Assembly: GCA_963706595.1 (NCBI GenBank)
Contig: OY970166.1
Span: forward strand, 4,448,001 to 4,512,000
DNA from: an uncultured cyanobacterium
Lineage (GTDB): Bacteria > Cyanobacteriota > Cyanobacteriia > Cyanobacteriales > Nostocaceae
Length of the DNA: 64,000 bases
Direction of reading: 5' to 3'
Position numbers and translations under genes: made by a program. The notes under the pieces were generated by a model. That model saw only the letters and a list, made by a program, of their open reading frames with translations. It was not told the origin of the DNA and made no database searches. Shown one piece after another: positions 1 through 8,362 of the stretch; position 1 is the stretch's first letter; every line of letters starts with the position of its first letter.

Positions 1-1299
1 TTCAGGTTGTTTGGGTCTGTATTCACCAAACTCTTCTCCCATCCAAATTAAAGGTACACCAACAGATGTCATCAGAATAGCTGCTGCCAATTTAGCTCTG
101 TTAAACCCTTCTTCCTCAAAAATCTGCCGATTAGCCAGTTCAAGCATAGTCCGTTCATGGTCGTGGTTAGTCAGATAATTAACCACATTGGTTGTACCCA
201 TAAAGCCTTGACGTTTACCATCAATCACATCTTTGAGGCTTTCTAAATCAAAAGTATCGCCACAAATATGCACCGTAATTGTATGACGGAAACTGTCGTG
301 CCAACAACCATCCATTGGTCCATCTATATTGGTAATACTGGTAGTTTCTGGGATGTGTTCGGCAATGTTATAAAAACTCCTAGTACCAGCAGTAGCTTTG
401 GCTTCTTGAACAATCCAATGCATGAAATCATAGTTAGCAATTTGTCTGGCTGCATCATAGCGAATACCATCTATATGATATTCTCTAATCCAAAAACGAA
501 TTGTATCACCAATAAACTTTCGGGCTGGGTAAGTGTCTAAAATTTCGTCGTAATGTTCGTAATTAAACTCAGGACCCCAGTTATTTTCAACGTCACGCGG
601 AGAATGGTGATACCAATAATCATGATCAATTTGAGTTAATGGACTTGAAGCTTCTGAGTGGTTATATATGCCATCCATAATTACCCGAATGCTTCTACTA
701 TGACATTGATCAATTAGCTGCTTTAACTCAACGGTAGAACCATAACTAGATTCGGTGGCAAAGAAATAACAAGGATTATAACCCCAGCTATAACTTCCTG
801 GATATTCTTTGATGGGCATCAACTCAATAGCGTTGATTCCTAATTCACACAAATAATCTAACTTTTCAATGACGTGTTTATATTTTCCTCTGGCGTGTCG
901 GTCATCTTCACCACCAGAAAAATCACCAACGTGCAATTCATAAATTACTAATTCATGGTCAGCAGGTAGAGGTTTATCATCATGTTTCCAAACGTAAGTA
1001 TCAACAATTCTTTCTCCATCTTTGATGCGGACAATACCGTGATCTTCGCCACTGGCTCCATTAATGTCAGTTGCGTAAGGATCTATCACATCAACCCACT
1101 GTTCTGGTTCAAAAAACCATGAATTTGACTGAACCCTGAATTTATATTCATAGATGCCATCTTCTAGTTCAACATTCGTCCGAAAATAGCCATCTTCGCC
1201 CCTGTCCATGGAGATTTCTTGCCAATTAGAAAAGGAGCCAATTAATGCGACTCCTTTGTTGTAAGGCGCAAATAAATTAAATTCAACGGGTGCTGCCAT
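1..1299 (-). CDS. GH13 alpha-amylase-family glycosyl hydrolase with N-terminal CBM48-like domain (runs off the left edge of the window)
   Basis: Not in the ORF track. Manual translation from ATG at 1299: MAAPVEFNLFAPYNKGVALIGSFSNW...IYELHVGDFSGG...GINAIELMPIKEYPGSYSWGYNP...GIRYDAARQI...YLTNHDH, which are GH13 conserved regions. Confidence 0.85.
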   Translation of the reverse strand, partial: MAAPVEFNLFAPYNKGVALIGSFSNWQEISMDRGEDGYFRTNVELEDGIYEYKFRVQSNSWFFEPEQWVDVIDPYATDINGASGEDHGIVRIKDGERIVDTYVWKHDDKPLPADHELVIYELHVGDFSGGEDDRHARGKYKHVIEKLDYLCELGINAIELMPIKEYPGSYSWGYNPCYFFATESSYGSTVELKQLIDQCHSRSIRVIMDGIYNHSEASSPLTQIDHDYWYHHSPRDVENNWGPEFNYEHYDEILDTYPARKFIGDTIRFWIREYHIDGIRYDAARQIANYDFMHWIVQEAKATAGTRSFYNIAEHIPETTSITNIDGPMDGCWHDSFRHTITVHICGDTFDLESLKDVIDGKRQGFMGTTNVVNYLTNHDHERTMLELANRQIFEEEGFNRAKLAAAILMTSVGVPLIWMGEEFGEYRPKQPE

Positions 1300-1476
1300 A
1301 AGATGATTTTGATTAAAAAATGTAGATGTGAATATCTTCTAAATTATTAATCAATTTGCAAACCAGTCTTTAGAGATATTTATGTAACTGCTTCATCTAT
1401 CTGAAGTTAGATTCTCTTGTATCAAAATGGGTTGTTGATTGAGTATTAATTGCTGAGATTACTCATGATTAAATTA

Positions 1477-1592
1477 TATAGCAATTCGATTTAATTCCTA
1501 AAATAAGTTGTATAGGCAGGGAACAGAGAACAGCAAAGCAGGAATCCAGGACTACCGAGTTTTTTCACAAAAAATTAAATAGGAGTCCTATA
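1477..1592. mobile_element. Short MITE-like element with imperfect terminal inverted repeats
   Basis: Ends TATAGCAATTCGATTTAATT ... AATTAAATAGGAGTCCTATA. A related left end (TATAGGAATCCGATTTGATT) occurs at about 49007. Confidence 0.5.
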
Positions 1593-1664
1593 GTATAATG
1601 CTCACTATTATTAGGTATAAATATTTATTTGAAAATCATTCATTTTTTATTTTTTCTGCTCAAT

Positions 1665-2042
1665 TTAGTCAATTTTGCCGTTAGTTTCTTGTAAATAACT
1701 TAATAACCAATTTGCGGCTGTGGCTCTACGAGTCTGTCGCGGTCCAAATTCACCAATTTTGTAACCTTTGAAACCCAACTTTTCTTTCGCTATTTGTTTA
1801 TTTTCTTGAGGAATAGAACGAGTTAATTTGACTGTAGCTGGGCGACTATCAATAAAGTCAGGTGGTTCTGGGTACTCATCTCGCCATGCTGATGCAACTT
1901 CGCTATTATCCCATTTGTCAGTTGAAGTGTTATGGCGATAGCCTAAGTAGTGCCAGACTAATTGATTGACTGTGGCATCATCAATTTGCTCATTAAAAAT
2001 TGCCCAGATTGTTTCTGTATTCAGTGGTGGTAAATTAGACAT
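1665..2042 (-). CDS. Conserved cyanobacterial protein (DUF1823-like)
   Basis: 125-aa ORF; the motifs WHYLGYR, RPATVKLTRSIP, KEKLGFKGYKIGE and TRRATAANWLL are recognisable. Confidence 0.75.
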   Translation of the reverse strand: MSNLPPLNTETIWAIFNEQIDDATVNQLVWHYLGYRHNTSTDKWDNSEVASAWRDEYPEPPDFIDSRPATVKLTRSIPQENKQIAKEKLGFKGYKIGEFGPRQTRRATAANWLLSYLQETNGKID

Positions 2043-2250
2043 AAGCGATGAAAATTTTACAATTCACGTGTGACTAAATTCGATTCTGTCCAGCAGTTAG
2101 GCTGACTTTGATCAACTCCTACAGATCAGGATGATTTTATCTCTTTCTACACCTACTGAAAAAGTTATCCGCAAAAACGACAAGTGTTTGAGTGAAAAAT
2201 TCGGTTGTGCGTCCACAAAACAGGTAAACTTGAAATCGTAAAGCATTGAC

Positions 2251-2559
2251 TTGTCTATGCAGAATCCTACATCACTGCCCAAGATAGTCCGCGCCCATGT
2301 ATTGATTTCCGGTCGAGTACAAGGGGTAGGCTATCGCTATGCGACTGTCGATACAGCTAGCCAGTTGGGTTTAACCGGTTGGGTGCGGAATCTCCCTGAT
2401 AACAGTGTGGAGGCAGTTTTTGAAGGGGCGCGGGTGGTTGTGGAAGAGATGGTTCGCTGGTGTCACACTGGCCCCCCGGCTGCGGTGGTGAAAGATGTTG
2501 TGCTTGAGTATCAAAAACCTGAAGGTTTGCGGGGGTTTGAAGTTAGGCGCTTTGAGTAG
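2251..2559 (+). CDS. acyP: Acylphosphatase
   Basis: Signatures GRVQGVGYR and GWVRNLPD..VEAVFEG; the start may be the ATG at 2257. Confidence 0.92.
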   Translation: MSMQNPTSLPKIVRAHVLISGRVQGVGYRYATVDTASQLGLTGWVRNLPDNSVEAVFEGARVVVEEMVRWCHTGPPAAVVKDVVLEYQKPEGLRGFEVRRFE

Positions 2560-2574
2560 CCCTTTTCTAAACAT

Positions 2575-2663
2575 TATGGTAGTTGAGGCTTTGCGAAACC
2601 CAACAAATGCTGTGGATGTTACTGGGAAAATGTTGGGTTTCACTGCGTTCTACCCAACCTACC
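2575..2663. repeat. REP-like inverted doublet
   Basis: GAAACCCAACA ... TGTTGGGTTTC inverted pair ending ACCCAACCTAC (GTAG motif on the minus strand). Confidence 0.55.
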
Positions 2664-2689
2664 ATAATTTTTCTACAACATTAAGTAGG

Positions 2690-3020
2690 TTGGTTGAGTC
2701 GGACAAGTCTTCGGTTTTGCAACCTACCAAGCTATTCGACTCAGTTTTATATTCGGAGGTCGTCGCCTTCCTCGCTGGTTCAGGTCTGGACTCCCGATTG
2801 TACGCCCGATAAATTCCCATTTATCAGCTCTGACCTTTGGGAGTACTCACGCCACAGCCACAGCCACCACGCGAAAACCAACATTGTTGTTACGATTCGC
2901 GCGCGCGTTATGATTGCGATTGGCAGAACGGCAATTCCTAGCGTTGTTGATCCAACTACCGCCACGCAGCAGCTAAAATCGACCTGCCCCATCCTCAAAT
3001 TTTCAACTGAATGAGAAATT
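2690..3020 (-). ncRNA. Predicted DGR RNA (5' leader, template repeat and structured spacer)
   Basis: Spans the TR. Hairpins at 2808-2825 (GATAAAT-TCCC-ATTTATC) and 2695-2743 (TGAGTCG/CGACTCA), with a predicted promoter at 3027-3055. Ends are estimated. Confidence 0.55.
2846..2973 (-). repeat. DGR template repeat (TR)
   Basis: 128-bp ungapped near-copy of 3163-3290, rich in AAC/AAT codons (TGG ATC AAC AAC GCT AGG AAT TGC ... AAT CAT AAC ... AAT CGT AAC AAC AAT GTT GGT TTT CGC). There are 14 mismatches to the VR, 13 of them at TR adenines. Confidence 0.93.
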
Positions 3021-3026
3021 TGATTA

Positions 3027-3055
3027 AATGTAGTGTATAATAGATTTGATATCAA
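3027..3055 (-). promoter_or_regulatory. Putative sigma70-type promoter for the TR RNA
   Basis: Minus strand TTGATA (3055-3050), 17-nt spacer, TACATT (3032-3027), about 55 nt upstream of the TR. Confidence 0.45.
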
Positions 3056-3081
3056 GACACCAGATTTGATAAAAAATTTTT

Positions 3082-3095
3082 CCGCCTGACGGCGG
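3082..3095 (-). other. GC-rich hairpin downstream of the VR (DGR target-recognition hairpin candidate)
   Basis: CCGCC-GTCA-GGCGG on the minus strand, about 70 nt after the target stop codon and following a pyrimidine-rich tract. Confidence 0.55.
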
Positions 3096-3162
3096 GGGAA
3101 AGAAGGGAAAAGAATAAGAAGTGCAGAGGGCAAAAGGGCAAGAGTGTAAAGGGCAAGGAATC

Positions 3163-3290
3163 CTCACGCCACAGCCACAGCCACCACGCGAAAACCAACA
3201 GTGTTGTCACGAGTCGCGCGCGCGAGAGGATCGCGATTGGCAGAACGGCAAGCACTAGCGAGGAGGATCCAACTACCGCCACGCAGCAGC
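3163..3290 (-). repeat. DGR variable repeat (VR1), at the 3' end of the FGE-domain gene
   Basis: Encodes LLRGGSWILLASACRSANRDPLARATRDNTVGFRVVAVAVA* and differs from the TR almost only at TR adenines. Confidence 0.93.
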
Positions 3291-6235
3291 CGATAATCAT
3301 TATCATTCCCATTTAGCCAAGCACTTCCGTCTGTGGGCGCTGCCTCGTAATTTTCGTTATATATATCTTGGCACCATTCCCATATATTACCATGCATATC
3401 GTACAAACCGAAAGAGTTTGGCAAAAAATTTCCGACATCTGTTGTTTGTCTACGACTTTCACCTTTTGGGGCTGAGGCGTAGGGAAAGTTACCGTCGTAG
3501 TTAACTAAATCTGTGGTTATGGTTTCACCAAAAGAGAAGGGTGTGGTTGTTCCCGCACGACAAGCATATTCCCATTCAGCCTCGCTGGGTAGCCTGTATT
3601 TGCGTCCTGTACTTTGACTCAATTTTTCACAAAATTCTACAGCATCATCCCAAGTCACTTGTTCTACAGGTCGTTTATCACCTTTGAAATTAGCAGGATT
3701 TGTCCCCATAATTGCTTGATACTGCGCCTGGGTAACTGGATATTTCCCCATGAAGAAGGCAGGAACATTAACCAGATGCTGGGGACTTTCACTATCGAAT
3801 CTTTCTGCTTCCTCTGGTGGTGAACCCATCAAAAAAGAACCGCCAGAAATCGCCACCATTTGCAGAGTTACGCCATTACCTACATTTTCTACAAACTGGT
3901 CTGCTGTGCGGTTGTCTCTGGCAACAATATTTCCCTGTGCATTGACTGCTACGATTTTAAATTCAAAAAAAGTCTGTAAAAAAAGAGAATCATAATTAGG
4001 TATATTATAATTCCGACTAGGATTTTGGGTAATTTGATGTGTTACCACTGATGTCAGTAAACCCACACCTCCCCAACTAAGCCAAGTTAAAAATTTCCTG
4101 CGGCTGATTATCGGGGAAATAGAATTATTCGATTTAACAAAACTCGGCTGGTGAATTGATGGCTGAGTCACTATTCCCAACTTTCGTAATTTTTTCTGTC
4201 TTTGGAGTGAGCGACTAAAATCATCTGATACTTTCATGGTAAGTACAGATTGTTTTGTCATAAAGCCGAGAAAAAGATAATCCCGTAATAGACTATCTTG
4301 AGAAGCTGGTTTAGATAATAAAGAACGGATGGAATTAGCTAATTTGGTTAAAAAACTAGGAGCTTGTGTTGCTATTTCTAACTGTAATTTGCTGAACGCG
4401 GAACCTAACCCCCTAGCCCCCTTCCCTACCAGGGAAGGGGGAACATTCAAAGCCTCTCCCCTTGTAGGGTAGAGTTTTGGAGAGGGGTTTTCCTGATCCT
4501 GTGGAAAGTCAGAACCTTGAACAGCCGTATTTAATAAATCTTCTAGCGCATTACGAATAATCTGCTGTTGTTCTGGGGTGAGTGTTGTCATCAGGTAAAC
4601 ACGCAACCAGTCTGGCATATAACCAGAACGCAGCCACGGTAAACGAGCCAAATCAGTCAAGGAACACACTTCTAATAGAGATTTTCCTGACTCTGTGGTG
4701 AGAACGTTACCCAGATAAATAGTAATATTCCAATGCAATTCCGGAAAAACCGCACAAGCACTCAACCAATAAAAACTATCCTGTCCAAGATATTTCTCCA
4801 GCGACTCCAGCATGAGATTAATCTGCTCAGATGGGGGAGGATTCCGTTCTATCCAGAGATAAGGTTGTGTCCGTAATGAATCTGGTAGAGGTATTGGCGT
4901 TTTTTCCGCCAGAAAATAAGTTGCTACACCCTGGCGTAGTCTTTGACTTAGCACCTGTAAGCCTTTAAGTGTTGCGGGTAAAATAATAAACTGTTGTGCA
5001 AGTTCTAATTCCTGATATCTCCAGTTTTCTACAGGAGTGGGTGTTAGAAATGCCCGGTTTTCCCAGTCTGTCAATTGATTTACCCAAGGTTCTAATTCAC
5101 CACTAATAGAGCTAAAAAAGTTATCTGTATCGGAGATAATAATTAGACAATGCTGACTGTATTTTGATGTAATTTCTCTGAGTCTAAGTGGGAAGCTTCC
5201 TGGCTGATGGGGAAAACACATTCTTGGGTCATCATCGAAGAAATAGATAGTAGTAAATACGCCTTCATCTTGTAAGCGCTCAATTATTTCTTCTACAAAT
5301 TTAGCTTGATGATCTCGATAGCTGGTGCGGTTAACCAGAAATAGATACTCAGGGAGAATTTGATAAGTACGATAAACTGGAGTTAGCCATCCGCCTCGGC
5401 TGAGAGTTGCATTAATAGTTTTATTGACATCAAGTTCATGAGATGGAATCTGAATTCTATATCTTAAACTCTGGGCAATTTGGCGCAAGACAATATGAGA
5501 AACTAATTTATCTTCACAGCCAGCAATAGAAATTTTGTTTAATTCGGGTTGTTTTGTTGTACTATAACGTTGCAAAAACAGATTAGCACGCCATTGCGAT
5601 CTCAAAATGAGAAATGCAACTGAGATAGTTAGATAAAGTAGTAAAATTTGCCAATTTAAAGGTAAAGTTTCCGGAGGATCTGTTTTTGTAATTTCTCCTC
5701 TGGGAGGCACTTGTGGAAGTGGTCCCGTTGCTGGTGGGGGTAATACTGGGGTTGTTGTTTCTCCTGTTGGTCGTGGTTGTCTGAAAGACCTCTTCTCTAT
5801 GGGGGATGGGAATAAGATAATATATACAAAACATAGAAGAAAAATAGTAATTAAAGTTAGCAGTCTGAGTTGCTGCATCCCATAGGAGACAGAGGGTATT
5901 TTTTCTGGTTCGACTGGATGTGGTAGAGTTTCTAGGGTTGCTTTTTCTGTTAAGAAATTAGTTCGGCTAGATAACTGAACCCATCTGTCAAAACGTTGTG
6001 GAAATTCTTCCTGCTCAATGGGTGAACTACACAAAATTGGCCCTAACAAATTTCTCAGATTCTCTGGACTATCCAATGTTGTACCCCGATCAATCAACAT
6101 CAAGATTAAATTTTGGGCTGCAATATACTGAGATATGCCAATTTTGTAACCTGCTGCTCTTAGTTCATCGATGAACTCGATCAAATCATCAGGATTTAGC
6201 CAGTTTAGATTGTTTTTGTCTGTTCCTGTATCCAC
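3164..6235 (-). CDS. DGR target protein: vWA-like region, transmembrane segments and C-terminal FGE-sulfatase (CLec-fold) domain
   Basis: FGE motifs FLMGS, YPVTQAQY, RLPSEAEWEYACRAG, PNSFGLYDMHGNIWEWC, RGGSW...GFRVV. The segment ELDVNKTINAT...PEYLFLVNR is typical of MoxR-partner vWA proteins. Three hydrophobic stretches. Confidence 0.85.
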   Translation of the reverse strand: MDTGTDKNNLNWLNPDDLIEFIDELRAAGYKIGISQYIAAQNLILMLIDRGTTLDSPENLRNLLGPILCSSPIEQEEFPQRFDRWVQLSSRTNFLTEKATLETLPHPVEPEKIPSVSYGMQQLRLLTLITIFLLCFVYIILFPSPIEKRSFRQPRPTGETTTPVLPPPATGPLPQVPPRGEITKTDPPETLPLNWQILLLYLTISVAFLILRSQWRANLFLQRYSTTKQPELNKISIAGCEDKLVSHIVLRQIAQSLRYRIQIPSHELDVNKTINATLSRGGWLTPVYRTYQILPEYLFLVNRTSYRDHQAKFVEEIIERLQDEGVFTTIYFFDDDPRMCFPHQPGSFPLRLREITSKYSQHCLIIISDTDNFFSSISGELEPWVNQLTDWENRAFLTPTPVENWRYQELELAQQFIILPATLKGLQVLSQRLRQGVATYFLAEKTPIPLPDSLRTQPYLWIERNPPPSEQINLMLESLEKYLGQDSFYWLSACAVFPELHWNITIYLGNVLTTESGKSLLEVCSLTDLARLPWLRSGYMPDWLRVYLMTTLTPEQQQIIRNALEDLLNTAVQGSDFPQDQENPSPKLYPTRGEALNVPPSLVGKGARGLGSAFSKLQLEIATQAPSFLTKLANSIRSLLSKPASQDSLLRDYLFLGFMTKQSVLTMKVSDDFSRSLQRQKKLRKLGIVTQPSIHQPSFVKSNNSISPIISRRKFLTWLSWGGVGLLTSVVTHQITQNPSRNYNIPNYDSLFLQTFFEFKIVAVNAQGNIVARDNRTADQFVENVGNGVTLQMVAISGGSFLMGSPPEEAERFDSESPQHLVNVPAFFMGKYPVTQAQYQAIMGTNPANFKGDKRPVEQVTWDDAVEFCEKLSQSTGRKYRLPSEAEWEYACRAGTTTPFSFGETITTDLVNYDGNFPYASAPKGESRRQTTDVGNFLPNSFGLYDMHGNIWEWCQDIYNENYEAAPTDGSAWLNGNDNDYRLLRGGSWILLASACRSANRDPLARATRDNTVGFRVVAVAVA
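4392..4512. repeat. GC-rich cyanobacterial palindromic repeat element inserted in frame in the CDS
   Basis: GAACCTAACCCCCTAGCCCCCTTCCCTACCAGGGAAGGGGG...CCTCTCCCC...GGAGAGGGG. The same start (GAACCTAACCCC..CCCCTTCCC) occurs intergenically at 63241. Boundaries are approximate. Confidence 0.65.
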
Positions 6236-7209
6236 TGTTCTACAATTTTTTTAGCTTTTTCTTGATCATCAGCAGTTTTAATTAAGCTACTCAAAGTACC
6301 AAAAACTACTTCGGGTTGCAGTAAAGGATTTTCTGATGGACTATGAAACTTTCGTAAAATTATTAGCCAACCCAATAATTCAGCCGTTGCGGGTTTTTTC
6401 CTCAAACCACTTTGGGGGGAACGTAACCTGTAAAATAAGTTAAGGGCTGCTTGCAAAAATGGACTACTACTACCAGCATTAATATTGAAACGATTAGCGA
6501 CAATCTCAGCCAGTCGCTCAATTTTGGGAAAAGGAACGTTGTAATAAATGCAACGCCTGAGAAAAGCATCAGGTAAATCTTTTTCAGAATTGCTGGTAAT
6601 AATTATAATTGGTTGTAATTCTGGTTCGGCGGCAATTTTTTCATTTCCTAACTCTGGAATCCGAAAATACATTAACTCCAATTCGTTGAGTAAATCATTG
6701 GCGAAATCACGAGGTGCTTTATCAATTTCATCAATTAAAACTACTGAACGTGTTTTTTGAGAATGTCGAGTTTCTAATGACAATAAATCTTTAACTTCAT
6801 CTGGATTTTTAGTGTGTAAAATTGCTGTTCCTAAAGCTTGAAAAGTGATGTAATCTAAAAATTTAGTTGAATCAACCCCACTTTGCACATCTTGGAATCG
6901 CTTTAAGGCATCATAAGTATAGAATAAGTCACGAGCAACGCTAGTGGACTTAGTTTCAAACTTTAACGGCTGTTCCAGTCCAAGTTCCCAAGCCAGACTG
7001 TAAGCTAGTTGAGTTTTACCGGTTCCTGGTTCGCCGGTCACAAGTAGGGGTTGTCCTAATAACAGGGCTACATTACACGCATCTTTCAAGCCTGAATCTG
7101 CAATATAATTCTTTGGCTGGAGTAATTGAGAACGGGGAGAAGTTGGCACTTTTACTGGTAAATCCAATTGTTTGCGAGTTCCATCACCTGAGTAAAAGGG
7201 GTAATTCAT
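6205..7209 (-). CDS. MoxR-family AAA+ ATPase
   Basis: Walker A GEPGTGKT, Walker B VVLIDEIDKA, TSNSEKDLPDAFLRRC, KKPATAELLGW; overlaps both neighbouring genes. Confidence 0.9.
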   Translation of the reverse strand: MNYPFYSGDGTRKQLDLPVKVPTSPRSQLLQPKNYIADSGLKDACNVALLLGQPLLVTGEPGTGKTQLAYSLAWELGLEQPLKFETKSTSVARDLFYTYDALKRFQDVQSGVDSTKFLDYITFQALGTAILHTKNPDEVKDLLSLETRHSQKTRSVVLIDEIDKAPRDFANDLLNELELMYFRIPELGNEKIAAEPELQPIIIITSNSEKDLPDAFLRRCIYYNVPFPKIERLAEIVANRFNINAGSSSPFLQAALNLFYRLRSPQSGLRKKPATAELLGWLIILRKFHSPSENPLLQPEVVFGTLSSLIKTADDQEKAKKIVEQWIQEQTKTI

Positions 7210-8319
7210 GCTGATTCATCCTGTAGGAGGGGTTTGACTAATTCAACTAATTTTTCAGCTAAATCATGCATGGGAATCGTATCAGAGTATGTTTGTTCTT
7301 CCCAAGATTCAAACATCTCTCCAACTCTTTGAATTAATGGTTCAATCATGGCTTCTCCCACTAGCTTTCTAGTATCTTCACTACGTACCCAATTTTCCAC
7401 TTCGCCCTGATTTATTCCTTCTAATTCTGGCAGAACGATTACAGAGAGAGGTTGAAAATGATTAAAATTTGAGTTAGCTAATTTTTCGAGATACTGGCGA
7501 ACTCTTTTATTTATCTGCTGACATCGATATTGTTTAGAAAAAACGCGTGAAAAACTGAATATCCACTTTATCCAGAGTTTTTTGGCAGATTTGTTGCGTT
7601 TGTTTTTATATTTAATCGATATGTAAATAATTAATTTTTGACTGATTACTGTTTCATGTAAATGATTACAAAATTCCAAGAGTTTATTCAAAATTTCAAA
7701 TTCTTGTTTTTGCAAATCTTCTGTAAGTAAAGTGGTATAAAGTATAATTGGTTCTGGATAATTGTTTAAATAATCGGTGATTTTTTCCAAAGAGTAGAAA
7801 CTATTTCCCAAAACACCCTTTGTTAGACTTTTATATAACTCATTTCGTAGTTGATGCAAATTTTTTAATTTTGAAGGACATTCCAGTTGATATGTTGTCT
7901 TACTAATTGATTGGTGTGAAAGTATCTCTAGCCATTTAGGGAGAGCAAAGGTTTGTATGCGTTCTAAAAAGTTGTGATGACATTGGGATTCATCTCCATG
8001 AACAATGCAAACTAAATGACCAGGAGAATCTTGCTTGAGAAATTTCAGAAATGTTTCACCTAGTTGTGATTCCTGTTCTTTCCGGTTGGTTAAATAGGGT
8101 AGGAGTGGTGGAAGTTCTTTTTTAAATGGAGTCGGGGGTTTTTGGAAACTGCTTGACCCACTTTGATGAAAGGTAACATTTTTGGACGTGTTGGAAATTT
8201 AGAGCCTGTCCATTATCCAATTGACCAATACTCTGCCCAAAATTTTGACCTACTTCCTGCTGAATTTCATTCTTTGACTGGGGTGGTTGAGGTTCTCCCT
8301 GGTTTGGTTCTTGAGTCAT
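7206..8319 (-). CDS. iSTAND-like protein with N-terminal Q/N/G-rich motif; one single-base frameshift at about 8180
   Basis: The frame of ORF 7206..7859 stays open up to 8198 (NVTFHQSGSS...LLPYLTNRKEQ...LVCIVHGDESQCHHNFLERI, a degenerate P-loop). Removing one A from the A5 run at 8179-8183 joins it to the ORF that starts at 8319, giving about 370 aa. Confidence 0.7.
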
Positions 8320-8362
8320 TTTTTCGCAAACTTATGGCATCACTTCGTATTAGACTAATTGA

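Noticed and set aside
2846..2973. This TR as the template for the VRs at 61282 and 62423
   Set aside because: Many mismatches at non-adenine positions (AGT vs TCC, GCC AAT vs GCG TCT) and a different length between the conserved blocks.
2495..3312. ORFs 2495..2812, 2694..3014, 2780..3133 and 3052..3312 as proteins (for example Avd)
   Set aside because: They are alternative-frame or antisense readings of the TR, VR and spacer; their mutual similarity comes from the repeat, and none looks like Avd or RT.
3164..3900. FGE domains as true formylglycine-generating enzymes
   Set aside because: The catalytic Cys pair after RGGS is not present, and that region is the variable repeat. No sulfatase gene is nearby.
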